This document shows positions 9,624-19,441 of a DNA stretch of 64,000 nt, in pieces. Under the pieces are notes generated by a model that saw only the letters and a program-made list of their open reading frames with translations, had not been told where the DNA came from and searched no databases. The stretch comes from Candidatus Pacearchaeota archaeon. Lineage in GTDB: Archaea; Nanobdellota; Nanobdellia; UBA10117; JAFCGI01. The translations under genes and the position numbers were made by a program. The DNA lies in the NCBI GenBank assembly GCA_017608235.1, contig JAFCGI010000003.1, forward strand, positions 44,146 through 108,145, given 5' to 3'. Positions within the stretch are counted from its first letter, which is position 1. Each line of letters begins with the position of its first letter.

Positions 9624-10544
9624 TTATAACTTAATTTCTAAAAAATCTTTAGCAGCAACTGTATTCTTAAAGAACTGTCTTGCTTCCCGTAACAGAGGTA
9701 AAAGATTTTTATATCTTTGACTGAAATGTGTTAAGATAAGCTTCTTAACTTTAGCTTTCTTAGCAATCTTAGCAGCTTGCTTAGCTGTTAGATGCTTTCT
9801 TTCTTTAGCCATATCTTTATGATCACTCATAAAAGTACTCTCACAAATAAACACATCAGAATCCATAGCTAATCTAACTAAATTATCACAAACACCAGTA
9901 TCAGCAGCATAACTTACCTTCTTGCCTGGCTTTTCTATTGTCGCCTTGCTAGCTTTAATCAATTTCCCTTTATATCTAATATCCTTGCCATCTTGCAATT
10001 TTTTAAGTATAGGATCCTGGCCTAAGCCAAACTTCTTAAGATAATCAAGATTTATTTTTCTCTTGCCTTTTTCTTGAAAAGCAAAACCAAGACAAGGTAT
10101 AAAATGATCTAATTTAGTAGCATACACCTCGTATTCATCTTTTTCACAAATCTTATCTACTGCTTTAGGAACTATTTCTTTTATTTTAATAGGAAATTGC
10201 ATGCATTTTTGATTAGATCCTTCGCATATACTGAATGATTTTAATAAATAACTAAAGAAAGTCTTAGTTCCTTTAGGACCATAGATCTCTAAAGGCCTAG
10301 TTCTTTTAGCCTGAGTTAAACTCTGAATCAATCCAGGCAATCCAAGTATATGATCTCCATGCCAATGACTTATAAAAATCTTAGAAACCTTCATAATACT
10401 CTCTCCAGAAATCGTAAATTGTCTTTGAGTTCCTTCACCACAATCAAACAATAATCCTTCACTGCCATATCTAATCAAGATTGCAGAATGATTTCTTTCT
10501 TTTGTTGGAAATACACTACTAGTCCCTAAAATCACAATTTTCAT
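9624..10544 (-). CDS. rnz: Ribonuclease Z (tRNA 3' endonuclease), metallo-beta-lactamase fold
   Basis: Motif ISHWHGDHILGLPGL (HxHxDH). Length 306 aa fits the short-form RNase Z. Conserved GDT..AAD and C-terminal HFS. Confidence 0.85.
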   Translation of the reverse strand: MKIVILGTSSVFPTKERNHSAILIRYGSEGLLFDCGEGTQRQFTISGESIMKVSKIFISHWHGDHILGLPGLIQSLTQAKRTRPLEIYGPKGTKTFFSYLLKSFSICEGSNQKCMQFPIKIKEIVPKAVDKICEKDEYEVYATKLDHFIPCLGFAFQEKGKRKINLDYLKKFGLGQDPILKKLQDGKDIRYKGKLIKASKATIEKPGKKVSYAADTGVCDNLVRLAMDSDVFICESTFMSDHKDMAKERKHLTAKQAAKIAKKAKVKKLILTHFSQRYKNLLPLLREARQFFKNTVAAKDFLEIKL

Positions 10545-10579
10545 ACAAATAAGGAATCAAACACTCTATATAAAATTAT

Positions 10580-11077
10580 TTACCAAGGTTCTTTCTTAAG
10601 ACCTAATTTATATCCCAAATAATTAGCAAGCAAATGCACTGAAGGTGTTAAAAACACTAACACTAAGAAATAACTATAGTTAATTTCCATAATAACACTC
10701 GAAAATATAAATGCACCAATCAAGAAATCTAACTGATCCAATAAAATAGCTCTTTCACCTCTTTCTAAACCAAATCTTCTTTTAACAAAACTTCCTACTA
10801 AATCTCCTATTAATGCTCCAGAAGCTAATAATATTCCTAAGATCAAGGTTCCTTGCAAAAACCCAATAATACTCCCAGCAATTATTCCAAATATCAATCC
10901 TAGCCAGGTTTTACCTGCCCCAAATAATTGTTTTCTACCATATTTTATTCCAAAGTCTACAGGCTTATTATATTTTTTAGCAAACTTAGTTTTAGCAACA
11001 AATACAGGAAACATATTTGCTGTATAAGCAGGCAAAATAAACCAAATCGCTCCAAAGATTAGTTTAAGGATATCCAT
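10580..11077 (-). CDS. carS: CDP-archaeol synthase (CarS, DUF46 family)
   Basis: About 165-aa polytopic membrane protein with PAYTANMFPVF, GKTWLGLIFG and GDLVGSFVKRRFGLERG…LDQLDF, which are CarS hallmarks. The ATG at 11077 is preferred over the upstream TTG because a TATA-like TTTATAT sits about 23 nt upstream, implying a leaderless mRNA. Confidence 0.65.
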   Translation of the reverse strand: MDILKLIFGAIWFILPAYTANMFPVFVAKTKFAKKYNKPVDFGIKYGRKQLFGAGKTWLGLIFGIIAGSIIGFLQGTLILGILLASGALIGDLVGSFVKRRFGLERGERAILLDQLDFLIGAFIFSSVIMEINYSYFLVLVFLTPSVHLLANYLGYKLGLKKEPW

Positions 11078-11101
11078 GCTAGAACAAAACAAATTAATCA
11101 A

Positions 11102-11108
11102 ATATAAA
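11102..11108 (-). promoter_or_regulatory. TATA-box-like element (TTTATAT) for carS
   Basis: Lies about 23 nt upstream of the carS ATG, which is archaeal leaderless-promoter geometry. Confidence 0.35.
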
Positions 11109-11195
11109 CATTTTTAAATCCTCAAAACCCAAAAATTAATAGGAAACACTTATGGTCTATCAGCAAAAGCTGAAGGCGAGTAGTTTCTAAATATA

Positions 11196-11789
11196 ATGGT
11201 TAAGAAAAAAACTAAATTCAAGAAAAAAGTTTCAGAAACTAAAGAAACTAAAATTAAAGAAGAAAAACTTAAAGGTTTGCTAATAAGTAACAGAACTATT
11301 GTATCAGAAAACATAGAATTAGCTCAAGCTCTCTATGATAGAAGTAGCTTTGGAGAATTTCATGGAAGAGAAAAAAAACTAGAACTATCATTAGTTGAAT
11401 CTCTTTTCCTTTTAGAAAAGAAAAAACTAGATCTATATTTTAAAGGAAAAAAGTTAAACTTCAAAACTTTTTTAGCTAAAGCCACAAGACTAGAAAAGAA
11501 TTTCTGGAATAGATTTTCTGTATATAGAGATTTTAGAAATAGAGGATACATCCTTAAGACAGCACTAAAGTTCGGTGCAGACTTTCGTGTATATCCTAGA
11601 GGAGTTAAGCCTGGGCAGCAGCATGCTAAATGGATTTTATTCTGTGCCTCAGAGGGAGAAAAACTCACTTGGAGGCAATTCTCTGCTATGAATCGTGTAG
11701 CTCACTCTACAAGAAAGAAACTTTTAGTAGGAATCGTAGACGATGAAGGTGATGTTACTTATTATCTTATAGGATGGATCAAACCATAA
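11196..11789 (+). CDS. endA: tRNA-splicing endonuclease, catalytic-type subunit (short, alpha-type)
   Basis: C-terminal catalytic domain KFGADFRVYPRG…QQHAKWILFC matches the EndA Y…H…K catalytic region. Length 197 aa with an N-terminal Lys-rich extension. Confidence 0.65.
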   Translation: MVKKKTKFKKKVSETKETKIKEEKLKGLLISNRTIVSENIELAQALYDRSSFGEFHGREKKLELSLVESLFLLEKKKLDLYFKGKKLNFKTFLAKATRLEKNFWNRFSVYRDFRNRGYILKTALKFGADFRVYPRGVKPGQQHAKWILFCASEGEKLTWRQFSAMNRVAHSTRKKLLVGIVDDEGDVTYYLIGWIKP

Positions 11790-11936
11790 ATATAAACTAA
11801 AATATATTTTATTTATATTATGTATATGAAATTGTTCATGTTCATAATTTTAATTTGAAACCAATAATAAATTATAAAATCCACTAAAAAACTTGATTAG
11901 AAAAAACTTATTAAAACTAAACTTATACTTGTAAAT

Positions 11937-13433
11937 ATGGCAGATATCTCTAAAATCCACACAATCTCAGATTTAGCAGCATTTTGTAAGAGAAAAGGCT
12001 TTGTATTTCCTAGCGCAGAAATCTATGGAGGTTTTTCAGGATTCTTTGATTATGGGCCTCTAGGCATAGAACTTAAGGAAAACATCAAAAAAGATTGGTG
12101 GAAAACTTTTGTTCAATCTCGTCAGGATGTTATTGGAATCGATGGCTCAGCTATAACAAATCCTAAAGTTCTAGAAGCTTCAGGGCATGTAGCTGGATTT
12201 AATGATCTTTTAGTAGATTGTAAAAAATGTAAATTCAGAGAAAGAGCTGACCATCTTATAGAAGATCTTCTCAAAATACCTGCAGAACATCTTTCTGCAA
12301 AACAAATCCAAAAGCTTATAGAAAAACATAAAATAAAATGTCCTAAATGTAAAGGTCCTCTTTCAGAACCAAAACAATACAACACAATGTTCAAAACATA
12401 TGTAGGCCCAGTTGAACAAGATTCTTCAGTAGCATACCTACGTCCTGAAACAGCTCAATCTATTTTTTCTAATTTTGAACTCATACAAAAATCTTCAAGA
12501 GCTCAACTTCCATTTGGTATAGCCCAGATAGGAAAAGCCTTCCGCAATGAAATTTCTCCTAGAGATTTTCTATTTCGTATGAGAGAATTTGAGCAAATGG
12601 AACTTGAGTTTTTCACGCACCCAAAAAAAATCAATGATTGCCCTTTCTATAATGACATCCAGACTAGTTCTGTGAACATGCTTTCAGCAGAAATGCAAAA
12701 TAAAGGCAAAAATCATAAAGCAATGACTATAAAATCAGCAGTTATTAAGAAAATAATTAAGAATAGATGGCATGCATATTGGTTATATTCACAATATCAA
12801 TGGTTCCTAAACTTAGGAATCAACCCAAAAAATCTTAGAATTCGCGAACATAAAAAAGAAGAGCTTGCTCATTATGCTAAAGCTTGTTTTGATCTTGAAT
12901 ATAAATTCCCATTTGGCTGGAAAGAACTTCAAGGAATGGCTGATCGTGGTCAATTTGATTTAAGTCAACATGGAAAATATTCTGGAAAAGAAATAACATT
13001 TTTTGACCAAGCTAAACAGGAACATGTTGTCCCTTATGTAGCTGCAGAACCTTCGCAAGGTCTAGACCGTGCTTTTTTAGCATTTCTAATAGATGCATAT
13101 ACTGTTGAAAAGGATAGAGTAGTCTTGAAATTAAATCCAAAGTTAGCTCCAATCAAGATAGCTATTTTTCCATTAGTAAACAAAGACAAACTTCCAGAAG
13201 TTGCTATGAAAATCTATAATTTGCTAAAGGATAAATATCCTATTTTTTATGATACCTCTGGTTCTATTGGAAGAAGATATAGAAGAATGGATGAATCTGG
13301 AACTCCTTTTTGCTTAACCATAGATCATGACACATTAAAAGATAAAGCAGTAACAGTTCGCCATAGAGACTCTATGAAGCAGAAGAGAGTTAAAATAAAA
13401 GATCTAGAAACTTATTTTTTAAAATTAATATAA
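11937..13433 (+). CDS. glyS: Glycyl-tRNA synthetase (archaeal/eukaryal alpha2 type)
   Basis: Class II motif 2 FRNEISPRDFLFRMREFEQMELEFF. The GlyRS N-terminus (FVFPSAEIYGG, GPLG) and insertion domain are recognisable. Length 498 aa. Confidence 0.85.
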   Translation: MADISKIHTISDLAAFCKRKGFVFPSAEIYGGFSGFFDYGPLGIELKENIKKDWWKTFVQSRQDVIGIDGSAITNPKVLEASGHVAGFNDLLVDCKKCKFRERADHLIEDLLKIPAEHLSAKQIQKLIEKHKIKCPKCKGPLSEPKQYNTMFKTYVGPVEQDSSVAYLRPETAQSIFSNFELIQKSSRAQLPFGIAQIGKAFRNEISPRDFLFRMREFEQMELEFFTHPKKINDCPFYNDIQTSSVNMLSAEMQNKGKNHKAMTIKSAVIKKIIKNRWHAYWLYSQYQWFLNLGINPKNLRIREHKKEELAHYAKACFDLEYKFPFGWKELQGMADRGQFDLSQHGKYSGKEITFFDQAKQEHVVPYVAAEPSQGLDRAFLAFLIDAYTVEKDRVVLKLNPKLAPIKIAIFPLVNKDKLPEVAMKIYNLLKDKYPIFYDTSGSIGRRYRRMDESGTPFCLTIDHDTLKDKAVTVRHRDSMKQKRVKIKDLETYFLKLI

Positions 13434-13697
13434 GATCTTAAAATCCTTGAATTCTCCAGTATATTTTTCCCAGCTAATCTTAACATCTTTAACTTTAGCA
13501 GATCTAGGACCTTTCTTGCACCACTCAAGCATATTTATCACTTTTAATTTTGGTCCTTCAAACACAGCTTCTACATCCATTCCAGAATTCCTAACCCATC
13601 CCTGCAGTCCTAGCTTCTTAGCCTGTTTTTTAGTGTTAGCTCTAAAAAATACTCCTTGCACTACTCCTCTTACACTAATATGAGCCCTTGTCTTCAT
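13425..13697 (-). CDS. acyP: Acylphosphatase
   Basis: Signature VRGVVQGVFFR and GWVRNSGMDVEAVFEG. Length 90 aa. Confidence 0.8.
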   Translation of the reverse strand: MKTRAHISVRGVVQGVFFRANTKKQAKKLGLQGWVRNSGMDVEAVFEGPKLKVINMLEWCKKGPRSAKVKDVKISWEKYTGEFKDFKILY

Positions 13698-13742
13698 TTT
13701 TTTCTATATACTAGATCTTATCTTCTCTAATGAATAAATGCT

Positions 13743-13752
13743 TTTATTTAAA
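13743..13752 (+). promoter_or_regulatory. TATA-box-like TTTATTTAAA upstream of pyrG
   Basis: Lies 17 nt before the pyrG ATG, consistent with a leaderless transcript. Confidence 0.35.
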
Positions 13753-13769
13753 TCTTACATAGTTCATAT

Positions 13770-15431
13770 ATGCGCACACACTATATATTTATTACTGGAG
13801 GTGTCTTCTCAGGTTTAGGAAAAGGCATAATTTCAAGCTCAATCGGAAAACTCCTACAATATCAAGGTTATGCAGTAACATCAATTAAAATTGATCCATA
13901 TATCAACTTTGATGCAGGCACTATGCGTCCTACAGAACATGGTGAAGTATGGGTCACAGATGATGGTGGAGAAATAGACCAAGATCTTGGAAACTATGAA
14001 AGATTTCTAAATATAGATCTAAATAAAGAAAATAATATCACTACAGGTAAAGTATATTATTCAGTCATACAAAGAGAACGTGCTGGTGAATATCTAGGAA
14101 AGACAGTCCAGCCTATTCCTCATGTTACTAATGAAATCAAGCGCCAAATCAAAAAACGAGCTGCTGAATCTTTAGCGAATTTTGTAATGGTTGAAGTAGG
14201 CGGACAAGTTGGAGACTATGAAAATATTCTATATTTGGAAGCAGCAAGACAGATGCATCAAGAAGGTAAGAATGTATTATTTATTCATATAGGTTTTCTT
14301 CCAATTCCAAATCATCTAGGTGAAATGAAAACCAAACCAATGCAACATTCAGTAAAAGCCCTCCAAGCCGCAGGAATCCAACCAGATTTCATAATAGGAC
14401 GTTCTTCAAAAGAAATGGATGAGGTAAGAAAAGAAAAAATATCATTATTTTGTAATGTGGATCCTGAAGCAGTTATTTCAGCCCCAGACGTTGAAAATAT
14501 TTATGAAGTACCATTAATCTTAGAGAAGCAAAAACTGACTGAAAAGATCCTAAGCTTTTTTGGATTAAAGTTCAAACCATCTCAAGACCTAATTAAGTGG
14601 CAAGAATTTATTAACAAAACAAAAAACATATCAAAAAAAGTTAAAATTGGAGTTATCGGAAAATATTTTGATACTGGTGATTTTAATCTTGTAGATTCTT
14701 ATATTTCTGTAATAGAAGCAATCAAACATGCAGCCTGGCATAATGATGCCTCTCCAGAAATAATCTGGTTGGATTCAAAAGATTTTGAAAAAGATAAAAA
14801 AAATCTTTTTCAATTAAAAAAGCTGGATGGAGTAGTGGTTCCTGGAGGCTTTGGAAGATCTGGAGTCGAAGGCAAGATTCTTGCAGTACAATATTGCAGA
14901 GAAAACAAAATCCCATATCTAGGATTATGCTATGGATTACAAATGGCAGTAATAGAATATGCAAGAAATGTATGTGGAATAAAAAAAGCAAACTCTCTGG
15001 AAATAGATGAAACCACAGAGCATCCAGTCATAACAATTCTTCCTGAACAAGCAAATATTTTAGATAAAAAACAATATGGTGCTTCTATGAGGCTTGGTGC
15101 ATACACTGCAGAACTAAAAGCAAACACAAAAGTTAGAAATCTTTATATGAATACAGAAGAAGTCTCTGAAAGACACAGACATAGATATGAAGTAAATCCA
15201 GAATATATCAAACAACTTGAAGACAATGGCTTAATATTTTCAGGATATTCTCCAAATAGAAGACTAATGGAATTTCTAGAACTTAAGAACCATCCTTTTT
15301 TCGTTGCAACTCAAGCACATCCAGAATTTAAATCCCGACCTATGCGTCCTGCTCCATTGTTTAATGGATTTCTAAGAGCAGCACTTAAATACTCCACTAA
15401 TTATAGTCAATCAGAACTTAAAAAAGATTAA
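13770..15431 (+). CDS. pyrG: CTP synthase
   Basis: N-terminus MRTHYIFITGGVFSGLGKGI. Glutamine amidotransferase domain with GLCYGLQ and HPEF. Confidence 0.95.
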   Translation: MRTHYIFITGGVFSGLGKGIISSSIGKLLQYQGYAVTSIKIDPYINFDAGTMRPTEHGEVWVTDDGGEIDQDLGNYERFLNIDLNKENNITTGKVYYSVIQRERAGEYLGKTVQPIPHVTNEIKRQIKKRAAESLANFVMVEVGGQVGDYENILYLEAARQMHQEGKNVLFIHIGFLPIPNHLGEMKTKPMQHSVKALQAAGIQPDFIIGRSSKEMDEVRKEKISLFCNVDPEAVISAPDVENIYEVPLILEKQKLTEKILSFFGLKFKPSQDLIKWQEFINKTKNISKKVKIGVIGKYFDTGDFNLVDSYISVIEAIKHAAWHNDASPEIIWLDSKDFEKDKKNLFQLKKLDGVVVPGGFGRSGVEGKILAVQYCRENKIPYLGLCYGLQMAVIEYARNVCGIKKANSLEIDETTEHPVITILPEQANILDKKQYGASMRLGAYTAELKANTKVRNLYMNTEEVSERHRHRYEVNPEYIKQLEDNGLIFSGYSPNRRLMEFLELKNHPFFVATQAHPEFKSRPMRPAPLFNGFLRAALKYSTNYSQSELKKD

Positions 15432-15448
15432 GGAGTAAATCATAGATC

Positions 15449-15757
15449 ATGTTAAGTCAGACTGATCAAGATAATATAGAACAAGAAGTTAGCTTAAGAG
15501 TTATTGAGAATTTAACAAGAGAGAAAGCAGCCTCTCGAGCTAAAAAACTTCTCGGACAAAGATGCGAACTCTGCGGTTATTCAAAATATGTAGATGCTTA
15601 TTTCATAACTCCAAAAAGCAAAGGGGGTACCAACTCTTTAAATAATATAATTATTCTCTGCCCCAACCATCATAAAGAATCCTCCTTAGGATTAATTTCA
15701 GAAGAACAACTTCTTAGTATTGTTGGAAAGCGAGGTAGCCTCAAGAATTTTTTTTAA
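15449..15757 (+). CDS. Small HNH-family endonuclease-like protein, possibly degenerate
   Basis: CELCG…FITPKSKGGTNSLNNIIILCPNHH resembles the HNH motif. The first His of the HH dyad is Phe (AYFITP versus AHHIVP in the paralogue at 39620..39904). Confidence 0.45.
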   Translation: MLSQTDQDNIEQEVSLRVIENLTREKAASRAKKLLGQRCELCGYSKYVDAYFITPKSKGGTNSLNNIIILCPNHHKESSLGLISEEQLLSIVGKRGSLKNFF

Positions 15758-15820
15758 TCAAGCTAACTTTTTAATCAAACTAAAACTTTTTAATATACTA
15801 AACACATATTACACCATAAA

Positions 15821-16666
15821 ATGGTCCTAGAATTAATTCTAAAAGAAAGATGGGTTGATAACATCCCAATCTATGCATTCTTTCTAGGAGTTATTTTTAC
15901 GTCTATAGGAGCAATGATTTCTAGCATTTTATTTTTAGATGTGTTATCTATAGCTATGATTTTCCTAATATCTTTATTTATAATACCTTCTCTTAGTGCA
16001 TTGCTTGTAGAAGAAGCAAAAGAGGGGGCAATCCGAGGATCTAAAGCTTTATTCAAAGATCATATAGATATTTTTCAAACATATCTTTTTTTATTCTTAG
16101 GAATCTTCCTTTTTTTTGCAATAATAGGAACATTTATTCCATTAGGAAGCTATATGCAAGTATTTGCTTATCAAATAGTGCAACTAAATAAAATCTTCCC
16201 AAATTTCTCACAAACAATACAAGGTTTAGCAACAGGCCCTTTACAATCACAAGCATATGCCTTTTCATCAATTATTAAAAATAATATGATTGTAAATATT
16301 TTAACATTTGCATTAAGCTTATTATATGGTGCTGGTGCTATGTTTATTATAGTATTAAATGCATCTATCTTCGGAGCAGCAATCTCTGGAGTAATAAGAT
16401 CATTTGCTTTTGGATTTATAGATAAGGCAGCAGAGCTATTCATAATTATAACTATAATTTCATTGCATTTAATCCCAGAAGTAGCAGCTTATTTGCTTGC
16501 TGCAATTGCTGGAGGAATCCTATCTAAAGGTCTGTTAGTAGAAAAATTCATGTCTGAACGCTTCATAAAACTAACCAAAGATTCTCTTACAATTTTTGCA
16601 GCATCTATCATCTTAGTGATTATAGCAGCATTCATTGAAGTTTTTATTACCTCAGGCATATTATAA
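15821..16666 (+). CDS. Polytopic integral membrane protein, possibly DUF95/SpoIIM-like
   Basis: Seven or more hydrophobic helices. No catalytic motif recognised. Confidence 0.35.
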   Translation: MVLELILKERWVDNIPIYAFFLGVIFTSIGAMISSILFLDVLSIAMIFLISLFIIPSLSALLVEEAKEGAIRGSKALFKDHIDIFQTYLFLFLGIFLFFAIIGTFIPLGSYMQVFAYQIVQLNKIFPNFSQTIQGLATGPLQSQAYAFSSIIKNNMIVNILTFALSLLYGAGAMFIIVLNASIFGAAISGVIRSFAFGFIDKAAELFIIITIISLHLIPEVAAYLLAAIAGGILSKGLLVEKFMSERFIKLTKDSLTIFAASIILVIIAAFIEVFITSGIL

Positions 16667-16668
16667 AA

Positions 16669-16756
16669 CTTATTCTTAATCTTAAACTTATCACAAATAT
16701 AAATATCATTAGCTTATTCTTAATTTTAAACTTATCACAAACATAAATATCATTAG
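16669..16756. repeat. Tandem duplication, 2 x 44 bp with 2 mismatches, upstream of the Lrp/AsnC regulator gene
   Basis: CTTATTCTTAATCTTAAACTTATCACAAATATAAATATCATTAG is immediately repeated. Confidence 0.8.
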
Positions 16757-16840
16757 ATTTCTATAGTGCGTAAAATAAGCAAAATATTTTAAAACATAGC
16801 TTATTATTATATATACACTGTATAAAAATGCGTAATTTGT

Positions 16841-17314
16841 ATGATGAATAAACAAATAGACCAAAAAGACAAGAAGATACTAAAAACCCTTTTTGAAGAT
16901 AGTAGAGCAACGATCGCAGAGATAGCAACAAAGACAGGAATTAGAAGAGACTCTGTTTCTAGAAGGCTAAACAGGCTAAGAAAAGATAAGATAATAACAG
17001 GATTTATCCCATTAGTAGATCCTGCTGCACTAGGTTATCCTAATGTAGCTATCTTGCTATTCAAGCTTAAAACCAGAAATGACGCTGATAAAAAGAAATT
17101 CTTGAAACAACTAGTTTCCAATAAGTTTGTATTTCGTATTTCAAAGCTAATTGGTAAGTATGACTTCCAATGCTCAATAGCATACGAAAATACAACTCAC
17201 CTAGACAGCATAGTTGAAGAGATCAAAACATACATTCCAAACATCGTTGATGAGTTTGAACTGTATCAGGTAGTTGACAATCCAAAAACAGAGAGGATTG
17301 ACGACCTAATATAA
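16841..17314 (+). CDS. Lrp/AsnC-family transcriptional regulator
   Basis: N-terminal HTH DKKILKTLFEDSRATIAEIATKTGIRRDSVSRRLNRL. C-terminal RAM domain. Length 157 aa. Confidence 0.8.
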   Translation: MMNKQIDQKDKKILKTLFEDSRATIAEIATKTGIRRDSVSRRLNRLRKDKIITGFIPLVDPAALGYPNVAILLFKLKTRNDADKKKFLKQLVSNKFVFRISKLIGKYDFQCSIAYENTTHLDSIVEEIKTYIPNIVDEFELYQVVDNPKTERIDDLI

Positions 17315-17332
17315 TTGGGAGTGTATAAAGGG

Positions 17333-19432
17333 ATGGTAAGAAGCTTGTCTACTAAACAGATTTTAGTACTTATTTTGCTAGTCATAATTATAATACCTCT
17401 AGCATATATATTCGCTCCAGCAGGCAAAGTTCCAACCCTAGTCTATAAAGAAGTAACCGTTAAAGTTCCAATCATAAGTTATAAGGAACCAACAGCTGAA
17501 TCTGGAATTACAGGCTATGCAAGTCAAGAAATAGTGCAAGGAACAATAACTTTAGAAGTTGGATCTCTTTTAGATATAAATCAAGTTAATGCAAATCCAA
17601 ATATAATAAACCCTACTCAACAAATAAACTTCACAGCAAATATTACATCTGCATATGCAATAAATCTAGTAACTCTGGAATTTGAAAACACATTATATGT
17701 AATGACCAATTCATCCTCAGATATATGGTATTATGATGCTCTTGACACTAATATTTCATTAGGAACTTATAATTTTACAATATATGCAAAAGATGCCACT
17801 AATTATACAGTAAGCAAGACAGGAAATTTCACAGTAACAGATGAACCACTACCAATAACCTGTCTATCACAAATAGGAGATGCAAAGATAAAGATAGAAA
17901 CAAATCTAAGAGATTATACAGTAATTCCTAAACAAATTCTACCTATAGAAAATTTCACGGCAGAAGTTTATAATAAAACTTGTATTGATAATTTAGCTGG
18001 ATATGATTCTGATACATGGAGCAAATTAAAAATCAAAGATCTTGACTTTAGAAGACAATATCTAAAGGACATTAGAGATAATTGTCCACTTGTAACTTGT
18101 TGTATAACAGGTGCAGATGGAAAATGTTTAGCTAATACTACCAGCCCATCAACTAAAGATGTTGTTATATTTGGACTATCAGATTATGAATTACTTAATA
18201 AAGATATTAAAGCATTTATAATACATAAAAATCCAATTTCAATTAAAGATGGAATCACTAAGAAAGCAAAACTTTTTATGAAAAAATTCTGGTCTTCTGT
18301 ATTTGGACAAGTAATATATATGCCACAATCTCACAATACACTAATTGGTTCTGAAATAGATATAATCTCAGATGACTTTATGTTTTCTGAGAATTATCCT
18401 GAAGACTTATTTTATGATATTATCTTTATAACCAATGATACTTGGGATGTCAACATATCTGCAACAGCACCTACAGAATATACTTGTACTGATTGCGAAA
18501 CAGATTTAAATATAAATAGTACTGAAGTCAATATAACTCTTGATTTGGATCTTATTGATTCTACTAGCTTAGATTCTGATATTTTAGACGAAGGAATAAA
18601 TATAGAGCATGGTGAAATAAATATATCTGCAACAAGTTATAATAGCTCAAACACAACCCAAAACTATATAGAATATTTCCCATTTTATGGAATCATAGCA
18701 TCTTCAATACAAGTAACAGAAGCAATAGCAACTCCTGAAGAGGTAAATGCAGGAGATGCAATAACTTTCAAGGCAAAGATAGTTAAACTAGGATTATTTG
18801 ATGTAGATACTGCTACTTTACAAATACAAGGCACCAAATATACTATGACTAAATCAGGAAATATTTGGTATTATAATACATTTAACACAAACATTGGTGC
18901 AGGCACATATACATTCAAAGTATATGCTAATGATACATCAGGAAAAGATACCTTTCCTAAATATGGTATATTTACAATCACAGCAGAAGAAGTTCCTGCA
19001 GAAGAACCAACACCAGGAAGAACAGGACTTATAACTCCTTCTGAACCAGCACCTCCAACTGAACCAGAAATTCCACCAGAGGAAGAAGTTCCATTAGAAG
19101 AGGAAGAAGTAATTCCTCCAGAAATTCCAGAAGTACCTTTATTTGGTCAGGCAATACAAACCCTTCTAGATCTAAGAGACTTAGGTACTTTGCGCATAAC
19201 ATTAGCTATAATAATTTGGATAGTTACAATAGCTCTAATCTGGTGGCTATGGCTGCTCTGGAAGAGAAAAAAAGAAAAAGAAAAAGAGAAATATGCTCCT
19301 AAAAAAGAAGAACCTTGGCCTCCAGACATCATAAAACTAAAGAGCCATTCAGATGAAGCAAAGAAGCATTATTCATCTGATTTATTTATTTTATATTCTC
19401 ATATAAAAAACTTCTTTAGAAATAAAAAATAA
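17333..19432 (+). CDS. Large surface or membrane protein with an N-terminal signal anchor, a Pro-rich stalk, a TM segment and a Lys-rich tail
   Basis: N-terminal TM ILVLILLVIIIIPLAYIF. N-glycosylation sequons (NxT/S) are abundant. PAEEPTPGRTGLITPSEPAPPTEPEIPPEEE stalk. TM LAIIIWIVTIALIWWLWLLW followed by KRKKEKEKEK. The track ORF starts at TTG 17315. Confidence 0.5.
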   Translation: MVRSLSTKQILVLILLVIIIIPLAYIFAPAGKVPTLVYKEVTVKVPIISYKEPTAESGITGYASQEIVQGTITLEVGSLLDINQVNANPNIINPTQQINFTANITSAYAINLVTLEFENTLYVMTNSSSDIWYYDALDTNISLGTYNFTIYAKDATNYTVSKTGNFTVTDEPLPITCLSQIGDAKIKIETNLRDYTVIPKQILPIENFTAEVYNKTCIDNLAGYDSDTWSKLKIKDLDFRRQYLKDIRDNCPLVTCCITGADGKCLANTTSPSTKDVVIFGLSDYELLNKDIKAFIIHKNPISIKDGITKKAKLFMKKFWSSVFGQVIYMPQSHNTLIGSEIDIISDDFMFSENYPEDLFYDIIFITNDTWDVNISATAPTEYTCTDCETDLNINSTEVNITLDLDLIDSTSLDSDILDEGINIEHGEINISATSYNSSNTTQNYIEYFPFYGIIASSIQVTEAIATPEEVNAGDAITFKAKIVKLGLFDVDTATLQIQGTKYTMTKSGNIWYYNTFNTNIGAGTYTFKVYANDTSGKDTFPKYGIFTITAEEVPAEEPTPGRTGLITPSEPAPPTEPEIPPEEEVPLEEEEVIPPEIPEVPLFGQAIQTLLDLRDLGTLRITLAIIIWIVTIALIWWLWLLWKRKKEKEKEKYAPKKEEPWPPDIIKLKSHSDEAKKHYSSDLFILYSHIKNFFRNKK

Positions 19433-19441
19433 AATAGAAGT

